A stretch of DNA of 51,063 bases from Candidatus Fervidifonticultor quintus (GCA_031459535.1 JAVKIJ010000013.1:1-51063), one strand, 5' to 3'. Shown: positions 16,932-29,332, counted from the stretch's first letter. Made by a program: numbers and translations. The notes: generated by a model not told the origin, from the sequence alone.

Positions 16932-17756
16932 TCAGGCGGTCGGCGCACGGGCTCCCTCGGGCACGGCATAGAGATCCGGACGCCGGTGGGCTAGCGTCAA
17001 CAGCTTCTGCCGGACCCGGCGGACCCGATCGAGGTCAACGTCGGCGACCACCAGTCCGGGCTCTTCGCCGCCGTCGGCGACCACCACGCCCATGGGATCC
17101 ACGACCAGCGAACGGCCCACCCGATCAGGGCGAACCTGGTCAGCAGCCACGATCCAGCAGGTGTTGTCAATGGCGCGGGCGCGTACCAGCGTGGTCCAGT
17201 GCTCCTCCTTGAGCGGACCCGAGACCCAGCTCGTGGGCATGACGATGACCTCGGCGCCCTTGGTGGCCAGGATATGCGACCACTCCGGGAAGCGAATATC
17301 GTAGCAGATCTGGAGTCCCAGACGGCCCAGCGGCGTCGCCACCACCGGCGGCTGCTCGTGACCCGGGCGCACCCACTCGGACTCCCGGCCACCTAATGAA
17401 TCGTACAGGTGCACCTTCCGGTACACCGCGAGCCGCTCGCCGGTGGGCGCCACGAGCACCGCGGTGTTGTAGGCGCGGTATGACTCTTCCGGCGCCTTCT
17501 CCAGCATGCCCATGACGATGTAGAGACCGTGCTCTGCGGCCGCGCGGGTCACGCCCCGCAGGAACGGTCCGTCTAACGTCTCGGCGACCTGGGCTGGAGG
17601 GATCGGATCGTCCTGCGCCATGTGGACCATGAACACTTCCGGAAACACCAGCAGGTCCACCCGTCGCCGGCCGGCCTCGGCCGCCACCTCCAGCGCCTTC
17701 GCCAGATTGGCGGCCTTGTCGTTGGTGGCCCCATATTGTGCCAACCCCACCCGCAT
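16932..17756 (-). CDS. Carbon-nitrogen hydrolase (nitrilase/amidase family)
   Basis: Catalytic triad FPE, YRKVHL, ICYDIRFPE; ARAIDN. Confidence 0.92.
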   Translation of the reverse strand: MRVGLAQYGATNDKAANLAKALEVAAEAGRRRVDLLVFPEVFMVHMAQDDPIPPAQVAETLDGPFLRGVTRAAAEHGLYIVMGMLEKAPEESYRAYNTAVLVAPTGERLAVYRKVHLYDSLGGRESEWVRPGHEQPPVVATPLGRLGLQICYDIRFPEWSHILATKGAEVIVMPTSWVSGPLKEEHWTTLVRARAIDNTCWIVAADQVRPDRVGRSLVVDPMGVVVADGGEEPGLVVADVDLDRVRRVRQKLLTLAHRRPDLYAVPEGARAPTA

Positions 17757-17774
17757 GGACCTCACCTCGTGTGT

Positions 17775-18647
17775 TCAGGCTCTTGGAACCGTCATTCTCC
17801 GATTCTCGGCAGAGGTCGCCGCGGCCTGCCGGCGGCCGGCGCCTTGCAGGCGCGGGTCGAGCGCGTCGCGCAGGCCGTCACCCAACAGGTTGAACCCACC
17901 GATGGCCAGCGCGATGGCCAGCGCTGGCCAGATGAGCAGCAATGGCTCCCGCTGGAGGTAGTTGCGGCTCTCGCTCACCATGCGGCCCCAGGTAGCCGTC
18001 GGGGGCAACACACCCAGCCCCAGGAAGCTCAACCCGGACTCGACCAGCAAGGCGAACCCCAGTGTCAGCGATGCCTGCACCACGATGGGACCCGCCACAT
18101 TGGGGAGGATGTGCCGCGCCATCTGATGCCAGCCCGACGCGCCCAGGGCGCGCGCGGCCTCCACGTACTCGGTCTTTGCGACACCCAGGGCGCTTCCATA
18201 GGTCAGGCGCGCAAACGCCGGGACGTAGAGCACCGAGATCACCGCCGCAAGCTTGTACAGTCCCGACCCCAGGAAGGTGACCACCGCAATGGCCAGCAGG
18301 ATCGGCGGGAACGCCAGAATGACGTCCACCGCCCGCATTACCACCCAGTCCACCGTGCCGCGAAAGGTGGCGCTGGCCAGGCCCAGGAGAGTCCCGAGCG
18401 TGGACGCGATGAGCACCGACAGCGCCGCCACCAGCAACGAGACCCTGGCCCCGAACAGCAAGCGGGAGAACACGTCCCGGCCAAACGAGTCGGTGCCCAG
18501 AGGATGAGCCCGCGACGGGGGGGCCAGCAGGTCCGGCGTCATCTCCAAGGGGTCCCACCGCGCCAAGGCCGGGGCCAGCACCGCCAGGACCACGAGGGTG
18601 GCAGTGATCGTTCCGCCTACGGCCAGCCGGACGTTGGATCTGATCAC
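17775..18647 (-). CDS. Peptide/nickel ABC transporter permease (DppC/OppC-like)
   Basis: HPLGTDSFGRD, EYVEAARALGA, LSFLGLG. Confidence 0.93.
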   Translation of the reverse strand: MIRSNVRLAVGGTITATLVVLAVLAPALARWDPLEMTPDLLAPPSRAHPLGTDSFGRDVFSRLLFGARVSLLVAALSVLIASTLGTLLGLASATFRGTVDWVVMRAVDVILAFPPILLAIAVVTFLGSGLYKLAAVISVLYVPAFARLTYGSALGVAKTEYVEAARALGASGWHQMARHILPNVAGPIVVQASLTLGFALLVESGLSFLGLGVLPPTATWGRMVSESRNYLQREPLLLIWPALAIALAIGGFNLLGDGLRDALDPRLQGAGRRQAAATSAENRRMTVPRA

Positions 18648-19594
18648 GATGCGACGCGGATACGTGGGTCCACCATTCCGTAGGCCACGTCGACCAGCAG
18701 GTTGATGAGCACGAACGCCAGGGCGATCACCAGCACCACCGCCTGGACCAACGGGTAGTCACGCTGGTTCACCCCGGTGAGCAACAGGCTCGACAGCCCC
18801 GGCCAGTTGAAGATGTACTCGATGAGCACGATGCGGCCCAACAGGGTTCCCGCCTGCAGCCCGATGACAGTGATCACGGGAATCAACGAGTTGCGCAGGA
18901 CGTGCCGGGTCAGCACGACCGGTTCCGCCAGCCCCTTGCTCCGCGCGGTGCGTACGTACTCCTGATGTAGCACTTCCAGCATGCTGGCGCGAGTCATCCG
19001 CATAACGACCGGCATGATGGTCAGCGCCAGGGTGACCGATGGAAGCACCAGGTGCCGCAGGTGGCCCATGGGATCTTCGCCGAAGCCCACGAAGCCGGTG
19101 GCCGGGAACCAGTGCAGCACCAGGCCGAACAGGAGCACGAAGAGCATCCCGATCACGAACGACGGCAGCGTGAGTCCCAGCACGGCGATCCCGCCCACGG
19201 CCAGATCGAGACGGCTGCCCGGGTGGCGCGCGGACAGCGCGCCCAGCGGGAGACCGGCCAGCACCGCGAGTGCCAGCGCCACGCCTCCTAGCTCCAGTGA
19301 GCGCGGAATCCTGGCGGCCAGATCCGGGCTGATCGGCCGACCTGAGATGAAGGCCTCACCGAAGTCCCCCCGCACCGCGCGGCCCAGCCAGTGCCCGTAC
19401 TGCCACAGCAGCGGCCGATCCAATCCCAGCGCGTGACGCACGGCGGCCACCTTCTCCGGCGCGGGATCGGCTTCGCCCAGCATCACGGTGACCACATCGC
19501 CGGGCACCAGGCGCAGGAGCAAGAATACCGCCGTGGCCACGGCCAGCGCCAGGGAAAGCGCCGCGGCGAGGCGGCGGAGCAGGTACCCGGTCAC
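18644..19594 (-). CDS. Peptide/nickel ABC transporter permease (DppB/OppB-like)
   Basis: PGD, LGLDRPL, YVRTARSKGL, RDYPLVQ. Confidence 0.93.
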   Translation of the reverse strand: MTGYLLRRLAAALSLALAVATAVFLLLRLVPGDVVTVMLGEADPAPEKVAAVRHALGLDRPLLWQYGHWLGRAVRGDFGEAFISGRPISPDLAARIPRSLELGGVALALAVLAGLPLGALSARHPGSRLDLAVGGIAVLGLTLPSFVIGMLFVLLFGLVLHWFPATGFVGFGEDPMGHLRHLVLPSVTLALTIMPVVMRMTRASMLEVLHQEYVRTARSKGLAEPVVLTRHVLRNSLIPVITVIGLQAGTLLGRIVLIEYIFNWPGLSSLLLTGVNQRDYPLVQAVVLVIALAFVLINLLVDVAYGMVDPRIRVAS

Positions 19595-19639
19595 GGCGCC
19601 AGCCCGCCCGTGGCGTCGCCGCGATCCGCCCACCCGGCG

Positions 19640-21184
19640 CTATCGCTCAAGCCAGGTCTCCACCAGCGAATAGCCCGAGTAGCGGCCGAGCGGGCCGGGC
19701 CAGTGCGTGTAGCCTTTCACGTAGGTGCGCGCCGACTCGCCCTGGTCACCCCACGCGATGTAGACCCACGGCGCCAGCTCCAGCGCGCGCTCGCCGATCC
19801 TGGCGTAGAGCCCTTTGCGGATCGTCTGGTTGTTGACCACCCGGGCCTGCGCCAGCAGCTGGTCCAGCACCTCGTCCTTGAACCCGATCTGCCTGGCGTA
19901 GTAGATCCGATCGGACTGATAGAAATCCGAGAGGAAGTCAGGATCGTTGACAGCCGCGGTCAAACCGCGGACCTGCGCGCCATAGTCTCCCTCATTGTGC
20001 CGTTTGAGTACCACCGGCCACTCGGGCAGTTCCAGCTGCACCTGAATGCCAACCTTGGCAAGCTGCGCCTGCAGGACCTGAGAGGTCCGCGTGTGGAGGC
20101 TGTACGTGATGGGCGCCAGCAGCGTAATCTGCAGCCCATGGGGATAGCCGGCCTCGGCCAGCAGGCGCCTGGCCCTCTCCGGATCGTACTGGTACTTGCC
20201 TTCCAGGGCTTCGTTGAAGGCCCACCAGCCCTTGGGGATTACGTCGCCGGTAATAGGCCGGCCGCGTCCGTCGAAGATGGTCTTGACCACCGCGTCTCTG
20301 TCGATGGCGTACGCGACGGCCTGGCGCAGTTTCACGTTGTCGTAGGGCTTGCGCGACGTATTGAAGATCACGCACATGAAGATCCCCACGTCGGCGTGCA
20401 GGCGCAGGCGCGGGTCGCGCTGGATGGCGTTCATCTGCTCCTGCGGAGTGAAATCCATGATCATGATGTCGCCAGCCCGCAGCGCGGTGAGCCGCGTCTG
20501 ATCATCCGCAAAGGGAATGAAGTCGATGCCGTCCAAGTACGGGAGGCCCTTCTGCCAGTAGTCCGGGTTGCGCACCAGCTTGACCGCCCGGCCGGGTTCC
20601 CACGACACGAACTTGAACGGACCGGTGCCCATCATGGTCGCCCGCAGGTTGACGCCTGCCTGCACGAACCGGCGGCTCACGATGGCCGCATAAGGCTGTG
20701 CCAGGTAGGCCAGCAGCGGCGAGTAGGGTTGTCGCAGCACCACCTTGACCGTCAGGGGATCCATGACCTCCACAGACTGGATGAGGGACAGCGGCCCCCG
20801 CAGCGACGCGCCGGTGCGCGGGTCGAGGATGCGCTCCAGGGAGAACTTGACGTCGTCGGCGGTTACGGGATCACCATTATGGAACTTCACGTCCCGGCGC
20901 AGGTGGAACACGATCTGGGTCTGCCCCACGAACCCCCAGCGCTCGGCCAGCGCGGGCACGATCCTGCCGCCGTGCCAGTACTTCACCAGACCCTCGTAGA
21001 CGGCCATCTTGACCGTACCGTTGCTGGCGCCGGAGTTGATGTGGGGTTCCAGGTCAGGTGGGTCCACGGAGAGCCCGTAGACCAGTGTTCCTCCCCGTCG
21101 CGGCGACTCGGGCGCTGCCGGCGACCACCCGCTTACGGCCACGACCACCACGGCGGCCATCATGAGAACCAGACCCTGCTTCAT
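19640..21184 (-). CDS. ABC transporter substrate-binding protein, family 5
   Basis: Signal peptide, RGGTL, PALAERW, LRRDVKFHNG, GTGPF, LRQAVAYAIDR. Confidence 0.93.
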   Translation of the reverse strand: MKQGLVLMMAAVVVVAVSGWSPAAPESPRRGGTLVYGLSVDPPDLEPHINSGASNGTVKMAVYEGLVKYWHGGRIVPALAERWGFVGQTQIVFHLRRDVKFHNGDPVTADDVKFSLERILDPRTGASLRGPLSLIQSVEVMDPLTVKVVLRQPYSPLLAYLAQPYAAIVSRRFVQAGVNLRATMMGTGPFKFVSWEPGRAVKLVRNPDYWQKGLPYLDGIDFIPFADDQTRLTALRAGDIMIMDFTPQEQMNAIQRDPRLRLHADVGIFMCVIFNTSRKPYDNVKLRQAVAYAIDRDAVVKTIFDGRGRPITGDVIPKGWWAFNEALEGKYQYDPERARRLLAEAGYPHGLQITLLAPITYSLHTRTSQVLQAQLAKVGIQVQLELPEWPVVLKRHNEGDYGAQVRGLTAAVNDPDFLSDFYQSDRIYYARQIGFKDEVLDQLLAQARVVNNQTIRKGLYARIGERALELAPWVYIAWGDQGESARTYVKGYTHWPGPLGRYSGYSLVETWLER

Positions 21185-21801
21185 CGTTGTCCCTCCCCGC
21201 GGATCGCGTCGATCTCATCCAGCGTCGCCCCTGACAGCAGGTACCGCCGCGTGGCGGCCTCACGGTCCATGGCGGCTTCGCCGCGTTCCAGGACGGCCTC
21301 GATCCGTCCTGCGGGAATCACCAGCACACCGTCATCGTCACCGAGCACGTAGTCCCCGGGCGCCACGCGCACGCCGCCGCAGGTGATGGGTTCTCCTACC
21401 GTGCCGCCCAGGTGGAGCCGCCGGGTGGTGAGCGCTGAGACACCCAGGCTGAAGACGGGCAGGCCCAGCTCGGTGAGCTCTGCCAGATCGGTGCACGGGC
21501 CGTCGAGCACGGCGCCCGCAATACCTGCGTTGCGGGCCGCCAGGGCGAGCAGGCCGCCGAACGACCCGTGTCGCACGTCGCCGTTACGGTGGATCACCAG
21601 GACCTCGCCGGGCTTCGCCTGGCGGATCGCCTGGCGGTAGATGGCGTTGTCGCGGGGAGGCGCGCTGACGGTCAGCGCCCGGCCGGCGAGCTTCACGGGT
21701 CGGAAGACCGGCCGGATCTGCGGATCCAGAAACCCCTCGTCGATGAAGTGGCCCAGGGTTGAAGTCGCCATGCGACTCAGCCGCGCCACACTGGGATCCA
21801 T
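21181..21801 (-). CDS. RraA/HMG-aldolase family protein
   Basis: GRALTV, PGEVLVI, FGGLLA, GAVLDG, PGDYVLGDDDGV. Confidence 0.88.
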   Translation of the reverse strand: MDPSVARLSRMATSTLGHFIDEGFLDPQIRPVFRPVKLAGRALTVSAPPRDNAIYRQAIRQAKPGEVLVIHRNGDVRHGSFGGLLALAARNAGIAGAVLDGPCTDLAELTELGLPVFSLGVSALTTRRLHLGGTVGEPITCGGVRVAPGDYVLGDDDGVLVIPAGRIEAVLERGEAAMDREAATRRYLLSGATLDEIDAIRGEGQR

Positions 21802-21819
21802 GCGTCCCTCCCCGTTGCC

Positions 21820-23577
21820 TCAGCCTTCTTCGCAGACGCCGGCCCCGGCTGAGGGCGTTGACGCGGACACGCCCAGCACCTCGAAGCCCATGGCCCGACC
21901 GCGCTCGATGAAGTACTCCACGTTCTCGGCATTGGTCCTCTCGCCGAGGCTCGCCCGATCGTGCTGCCCGTCGAGGGCGAGGATCACGGTTTCTGCCAGG
22001 CACGCCGGCACCAGACCCTGTCCGTATCCCAGATCCAGTTGCCCGCGCGGATCGCCCGGCAACCGGACAACCCCGCCAGGAATCAGCTCGACGTCTGGAA
22101 CCTGCCTCACCGAGGGGTGCACATCGGGTGGCCGCCCCAGATCGAAGATCACGCACCCGGGCCGCACGTGCTCCGGAAAGATCACGGGCCGGGAAGCGGA
22201 CGTGGCGCTGAAGATCACGTCGGCTCCCCGCAAGGCGTCGTAGTTCGTCGTCACATCCACCTCCGTGCGGGGGGAACGCTTCCGCAGCAGATCGCGGGAT
22301 CGGGCGAGCCGCTCCTGATCCGTCCCGAGCATGATCAGCCGGCCCACGTACTCGATGATCGAGCGGCAGATGCCGAAGCCGACAACGCCGTTGGCGCCGA
22401 CCACCGCCGCAGTGGCGCGTGCAGGATCCACCCCGCGTTGCCGGAGCCGCTCCAGGACCAGCGGCACCGCCAGTTTCATCGTGCCGGCCGTATACGCGCC
22501 GCCGTTGGTGATCGTGATCGGGGAGTGCGCCGCCACCTCCAGCCCTTTGTTGCCGACCACCGACCAGTAGGCGCCCAGGCCCAGCACCGTGGCGCCCAGG
22601 CTTGCGGCCAGATCGGCCGCCTGCACGGCACGACGCTGGGCCAGCGCCGGCTCCGAACGGATCTGATCGGGCATCATGGGCACGCCGATGAGGTAGACCC
22701 GGGCGCGCCGGCCGTCGGCGGTCACGATGGGGTAGATGTCGTCCACCTTCATCGGCCGCACCAGGCGCGCCAGCCGGCGGACGCTCCCGACATGGATCAG
22801 GCCCAGACGGCGCAGCGGCACCAGCCAGCGGAACCGTCGGGCCTGCACGATGTCGTCAAGGCTCATGGGGTGGATCATGAACGCGGCTACGGCCTCTCGT
22901 CCCTGGGGACCCGGCAGAGGCAGGTTCTCGCCGACCCGCGGCTCCACACCGTCGGCGACGCGCAACAGGTGTTCCTTGTGGTTCCAGAAGGTGACCAGCC
23001 CGTAGATGAGCGTCAGGAAGACGTACGGGGAGGGCGCGTCGAGTACGGTCAGTGCCACAGGGAGCGCCCAGGCGGCCAGGACGGTGGCTACGGACAGGTA
23101 CCCCCAGCGGCGTCCGGTCAGCCGCGGCAGCGTCAGCGCCAGCGCCGCAACACCCAGCGCCACCAGCAGCGCCGCCGCCGGAATCGCGCGCCACGCGACC
23201 AGCCCCACCAGCACGCCAAGGGTGGTGATCGTGCCCTTCATTCGGGTGGCCACCCGCGGTCCCATCCGCACAAACGGCGAAGCGGTATGTCCCCCGATGG
23301 CGGCGGCACCTGCCAGGCTAAGCACCCAGTCGGTCCCCGACAGCCACCGGGCCAGCCCCACGGCCAGCGCGCCCTTGATGAGGTCGAGCGCTGTGACCAC
23401 GACCAGGGTCGGGGCGCCGGCCGCGGCGGCCACGGTGCCCAGGCCCAGGTTGTGGGGCGAGACGCGGCGGATGTCTACCCCGCGCAGCTTGCGGGCCAGC
23501 AGATAGCCGGTGGGCAGGCTCCCGAGGAGACCGGCCAGTGCCAGCGCAAGGAACGCGCTCACGCGCACGGCACCCAT
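21820..23577 (-). CDS. PlsY-like membrane domain fused to an acyl-ACP reductase-like NAD(P)-binding domain
   Basis: N-terminal LLGSLPTG, GVDIR, DLIKG, GHT, NHKEHLLR; C-terminal FMIHP, LGLGAY, TNGGAYT, VVGANGVVG, DLGRP, PACLAE. Confidence 0.82.
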   Translation of the reverse strand: MGAVRVSAFLALALAGLLGSLPTGYLLARKLRGVDIRRVSPHNLGLGTVAAAAGAPTLVVVTALDLIKGALAVGLARWLSGTDWVLSLAGAAAIGGHTASPFVRMGPRVATRMKGTITTLGVLVGLVAWRAIPAAALLVALGVAALALTLPRLTGRRWGYLSVATVLAAWALPVALTVLDAPSPYVFLTLIYGLVTFWNHKEHLLRVADGVEPRVGENLPLPGPQGREAVAAFMIHPMSLDDIVQARRFRWLVPLRRLGLIHVGSVRRLARLVRPMKVDDIYPIVTADGRRARVYLIGVPMMPDQIRSEPALAQRRAVQAADLAASLGATVLGLGAYWSVVGNKGLEVAAHSPITITNGGAYTAGTMKLAVPLVLERLRQRGVDPARATAAVVGANGVVGFGICRSIIEYVGRLIMLGTDQERLARSRDLLRKRSPRTEVDVTTNYDALRGADVIFSATSASRPVIFPEHVRPGCVIFDLGRPPDVHPSVRQVPDVELIPGGVVRLPGDPRGQLDLGYGQGLVPACLAETVILALDGQHDRASLGERTNAENVEYFIERGRAMGFEVLGVSASTPSAGAGVCEEG

Positions 23578-23642
23578 CGCTGTAACGTCGTGGCGTCCCT
23601 CACCGCAGGCCCCGTACGGAGGTAATCGCGCCGCAGACGGCG

Positions 23643-25758
<2,116 letters not shown>

Positions 25759-25805
25759 CGGCCGCGCCTGCCGCGCTGGCAGGTCAGGCCCGCAGAGTCC
25801 ATGCC

Positions 25806-26255
25806 CTACCTCTTGTGCTCGCGCTCGTACCGCGCGATCTTCTCGATGCGCGGGATGTGCCGCCCGCCCTCGAAGGACGTCGTCAGGAATGTCCGCACGA
25901 TCTCCTTGGCGACCTCAGAGCCGACGATCCGGGCACCGAGGGACATCATGTTGGCATCGTTGTGCTGCCGTGCCAGGCGAGCGGTCGTGACATCGTGACA
26001 TACCGCACACCGAATCCCCAGGACCTTGTTGGCGGCGATGGCTTCGCCATTGCCGGTCCCGCCGAAGATGATGCCGCGGTCGGCCTCGCCGCGGGAGACC
26101 GCCTCGGCCACCGGAATGCAGAAGTCCGGGTAGTCCACCGGCTCCGCCGTGTTGGTGCCCAGGTCACGCACCTCGTGTCCCAGCTCGAGCAGCAGGCGCG
26201 AGACCTCAGCTTTGAGGATCACGCCCGCGTGATCTCCGCCGATCACGATGCGCAC
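25806..26255 (-). CDS. rpiB: Ribose-5-phosphate isomerase B
   Basis: GGDHAG, DYPD, GGTGNGE, ANKV, HNDAN, FEGGRH. Confidence 0.94.
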   Translation of the reverse strand: MRIVIGGDHAGVILKAEVSRLLLELGHEVRDLGTNTAEPVDYPDFCIPVAEAVSRGEADRGIIFGGTGNGEAIAANKVLGIRCAVCHDVTTARLARQHNDANMMSLGARIVGSEVAKEIVRTFLTTSFEGGRHIPRIEKIARYEREHKR

Positions 26256-26262
26256 GGTCTCT

Positions 26263-26754
26263 TCACCTCCCATCCGTTGCAGGTCGCGGATTGATCCGGC
26301 CAGCATTGAGGACCAGATCCACTGCATCGCCCAGGGCGAAGACGGCGTGCTGCGCGGACGGCAAGGGGCGGCCGCCGGGTGGCACGGTGGTCGCGACCAT
26401 GGGGACACCGGCCGCCCGCATCAGCGCCAGCGGCACCGGGTGCTGCGGCCGCCTCGCGGGGCCGCTCAACCACGCATCGTGCTCCGGGGTAGCCGCAAGG
26501 TACACCAGCGAGTCGGCGGTCGCGCCGGTCACCTGGCACAGGCGTCCCACCGCCCGCGCGTCGAGCGCGTTGCACCCAACCAGATAGCCTTCCTCAGTGG
26601 GAAAGACAATCAGGCCGCCGGCCCGTAGCATCTCGACGGCCCGGCGGGGCGCCGACCCGTCATCGGGGTCGACCGGGACGATCGCCACGGGCTCGGGCGC
26701 CCGATCCACACCGGTCTCGAAGGTGAGCCCGTAGTAACTCACACCTGCCTCCAT
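26263..26754 (-). CDS. Degenerate Sua5/YrdC (TsaC)-like protein
   Basis: GGLIVFPTEEGY, HPVPLAL, GDAVDLVL; syntenic position after prmC; KxR and SxN motifs absent. Confidence 0.7.
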   Translation of the reverse strand: MEAGVSYYGLTFETGVDRAPEPVAIVPVDPDDGSAPRRAVEMLRAGGLIVFPTEEGYLVGCNALDARAVGRLCQVTGATADSLVYLAATPEHDAWLSGPARRPQHPVPLALMRAAGVPMVATTVPPGGRPLPSAQHAVFALGDAVDLVLNAGRINPRPATDGR

Positions 26755-27615
26755 TCATGGCTCCGGCAGAACCCGGGCGGCCACGACGCGCTCCCATCCC
26801 AGGCCATCCCGGCACACGCGCGGCAACTCGAAGTGACCCGACTGTTTCACCAGTTCGACCACCCGGGGGGCCTGGCCTGCCGCAACCTCCATGATCAGCC
26901 AGCCTCCGGGCTTCAGCACACCCGGCGCCTCGTCCACCAGCCGCGCATGGAAGCTCTCGCCCTCGGGAGCCAGCACCGCGATGGCCGGTTCGAACTCCCG
27001 GATCTCGCAGGGCAGGGCGGCCGCTTCGGTGGGCCCCACGTATGGTGGGTTGCACGCCAGCACATCGACGCGCAGGCCCTCACCCCTCAGGGGGGCCAGC
27101 AGGTCACCGCACAGGAAGCGCATGCGACCAGCGACCCCGTGGCGCACCGCGTTGCCCCGGGCCACCTCCAGGGCGTCGGCCGAGAGATCCGTGGCGATCA
27201 CCAGGGCGTCCGGACGCCGGACCGCCAGGCTGACGGCAATGGCCCCGCTGCCGGTTCCGACATCGGCCAGGACCGGCGCGGTGAGCTGGCGCGCCACCGC
27301 CAGCACCATCTCCACGAGTACCTCGGTCTCGGGGCGCGGAATCAGGACGCGCTCGTCTACCGCGAAGTCCAGCCCCATGAACTCCCGGGAGCCGGTGATG
27401 TAGGCAACGGGTCGTCCCCGGCTGCGCTCGTCCAGCAGGCGGCAGTACCGATCCCAGGTCGCGTTGTCCACCGGGCGATCCCACCGCAGGTACAGTTCGG
27501 TGCGGGTCATCCCCAGGACGTGACGCAGGAGTACTTCGGCGGTGATGGCGGCCTCGGCGACGCCACAGGCCGCCAGATGCTCTCGACCCGCCAGCCACGC
27601 TTCGGCGATGGTCAT
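26755..27615 (-). CDS. prmC: Release factor glutamine methyltransferase
   Basis: PVAYITG, VLIPRPETE, DVGTGSG, NPPY. Confidence 0.96.
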   Translation of the reverse strand: MTIAEAWLAGREHLAACGVAEAAITAEVLLRHVLGMTRTELYLRWDRPVDNATWDRYCRLLDERSRGRPVAYITGSREFMGLDFAVDERVLIPRPETEVLVEMVLAVARQLTAPVLADVGTGSGAIAVSLAVRRPDALVIATDLSADALEVARGNAVRHGVAGRMRFLCGDLLAPLRGEGLRVDVLACNPPYVGPTEAAALPCEIREFEPAIAVLAPEGESFHARLVDEAPGVLKPGGWLIMEVAAGQAPRVVELVKQSGHFELPRVCRDGLGWERVVAARVLPEP

Positions 27616-27641
27616 ACGATGCCGGGAGGTCGTCGCGGGGG

Positions 27642-28730
27642 TTACTGCACCGCCGCGAGCTGTGCTGCCTGGTCGGCGGCGATCAGCGCGTCGATGACCT
27701 CGTCGAGATCACCGTCCAGGATCGTCTCGAGCCGGTGCAGGGTGAGCCCGATTCGGTGATCGGTCACCCGATTCTGCGGAAAGTTGTACGTGCGGATCTT
27801 CTCACTGCGCTCCGCGGTCCCCACCTGCTGCCGGCGCTGCCTGGCTATGGCTTCCTGCTGTTCGCGCTCGGCCCGCTCCAGCAGGTGAGCGCGCAGGATG
27901 CGCATGGCCTTCTCCCGGTTCTGGAACTGGGACCGCTCGTCCTGACAGGCGACCACCACGCCGGTGGGTAGATGCCTGATCCGCACCGCTGTCTCCACCT
28001 TGTTGACGTTCTGACCGCCGGCGCCGCCCGCGCGGTAGGTCTCGACCTCGATCTCCTCGGGCTTGACCACCACATCGATCTCTTCGGCCTCGGGAAGCAC
28101 GGCCACCGTGGCGGTTGACGTGTGGATGCGGCCCGAGGCCTCGGTGATGGGCACGCGCTGTACCCGGTGGACTCCGCTCTCATACTTCAACCGACTGTAG
28201 GCTCCGTGGCCCTGGATGGCAAACACGACCTCCTTGAACCCGCCGACGCCCTGGGGGTTGACCGAGAGGATCTCGGATTTCCAGCGGTGGCGTTCCGCGT
28301 AACGGGCGTACATGCGGAACAAGTCGCCAGCGAACAGCCCCGCTTCATCACCTCCGGTGCCGGCACGGATCTCCATGATGATGTTCCGGTCGGCGTAGGG
28401 GTCCCGGGGCAGGAGCCGCCGCCGCAAGTCGGCCTCGAGCTCGACTAGGTGGGCGGTCAGGCGCTCGGCCTCGCTCCGGGCCAGCTGGCGCAGGGCCGGA
28501 TCGGGTTCGTCACGCGCCATCGCCTCGGCCTCGAGCGCTTCGCGGTGCGCCTGCCGGTACGCCCGAAACCGGGTCACCGTCTGCTCGAGCTCCGCGTACT
28601 CCCTGGCCATGCGCTGGTAGCGCGCCTGGTCGGCGAGCATCGCCGGATCGGCCAGGGCGGCCGCTAGGGCCTCGAAGCGAGCCTCCTGCGCCTCCAGGCG
28701 CTCTCGCATGGTAGCGTCCATCGGGTTCAC
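27642..28730 (-). CDS. prfA: Peptide chain release factor 1
   Basis: GGQ, PIT (PxT), [20 protein letters not shown]; start is GTG 28730 or ATG 28721. Confidence 0.97.
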   Translation of the reverse strand: MNPMDATMRERLEAQEARFEALAAALADPAMLADQARYQRMAREYAELEQTVTRFRAYRQAHREALEAEAMARDEPDPALRQLARSEAERLTAHLVELEADLRRRLLPRDPYADRNIIMEIRAGTGGDEAGLFAGDLFRMYARYAERHRWKSEILSVNPQGVGGFKEVVFAIQGHGAYSRLKYESGVHRVQRVPITEASGRIHTSTATVAVLPEAEEIDVVVKPEEIEVETYRAGGAGGQNVNKVETAVRIRHLPTGVVVACQDERSQFQNREKAMRILRAHLLERAEREQQEAIARQRRQQVGTAERSEKIRTYNFPQNRVTDHRIGLTLHRLETILDGDLDEVIDALIAADQAAQLAAVQ

Positions 28731-28738
28731 CGCATCCG

Positions 28739-28747
28739 ATTATAGCA
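28739..28747 (-). promoter_or_regulatory. Extended -10 promoter (TGcTATAAT) upstream of prfA
   Basis: Exact TGnTATAAT 8 nt upstream of GTG 28730. Confidence 0.7.
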
Positions 28748-28753
28748 GGGGCG

Positions 28754-29332
28754 CTACGTCGGGCGTCCCGGCACCTGGTGGCAGCGGCGGCATCGGGCCT
28801 CGTATGTCTCCCTGGCGCCAATCAGGATGATCGGGTCGGTGTAGTGGGCGGGCTGGCCGTTGATCAGGCGCTGTGTGCGGCTTGCGGGTGCCCCGCACAC
28901 CATGCAGATTGCCTGGAGCTTGGTGACCTCCTCGGCCAACGCCAGCAGGGTCGGCATCGGGCCGAAGGGCTCGCCGCGAAAATCGGTGTCCAGCCCGGCC
29001 AGGATGATTCGGGCGCCTCGACCCGCCAGCGCCGAGGCCACGGCGGCGATCCCGTCGTCGAGGAACTGGGCTTCATCCACCGCGACGACTTCGGTGGCCG
29101 GCCCCACCTGCAGCAGGATCTCCGCGCTGTGCGCGATCGGGACGGCCTCGAGGCGCGCGCCGTTGTGGGACGTGATAGACTGCACGGCGTAGCGGTCGTC
29201 CAACACGTGCTTGAAGACCTGTACCCGCTGCTGGGCGATCTGCGCCCGGCGCACCCGCCGGATCAGCTCTTCGGTCTTCCCGCTGAACATGCCACCGCAA
29301 ATGACCTCTATGCTACCCTTTGTGCTTGCCAT
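28754..29332 (-). CDS. tdk: Thymidine kinase
   Basis: [29 protein letters not shown]...CRRC. Confidence 0.96.
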   Translation of the reverse strand: MASTKGSIEVICGGMFSGKTEELIRRVRRAQIAQQRVQVFKHVLDDRYAVQSITSHNGARLEAVPIAHSAEILLQVGPATEVVAVDEAQFLDDGIAAVASALAGRGARIILAGLDTDFRGEPFGPMPTLLALAEEVTKLQAICMVCGAPASRTQRLINGQPAHYTDPIILIGARETYEARCRRCHQVPGRPT

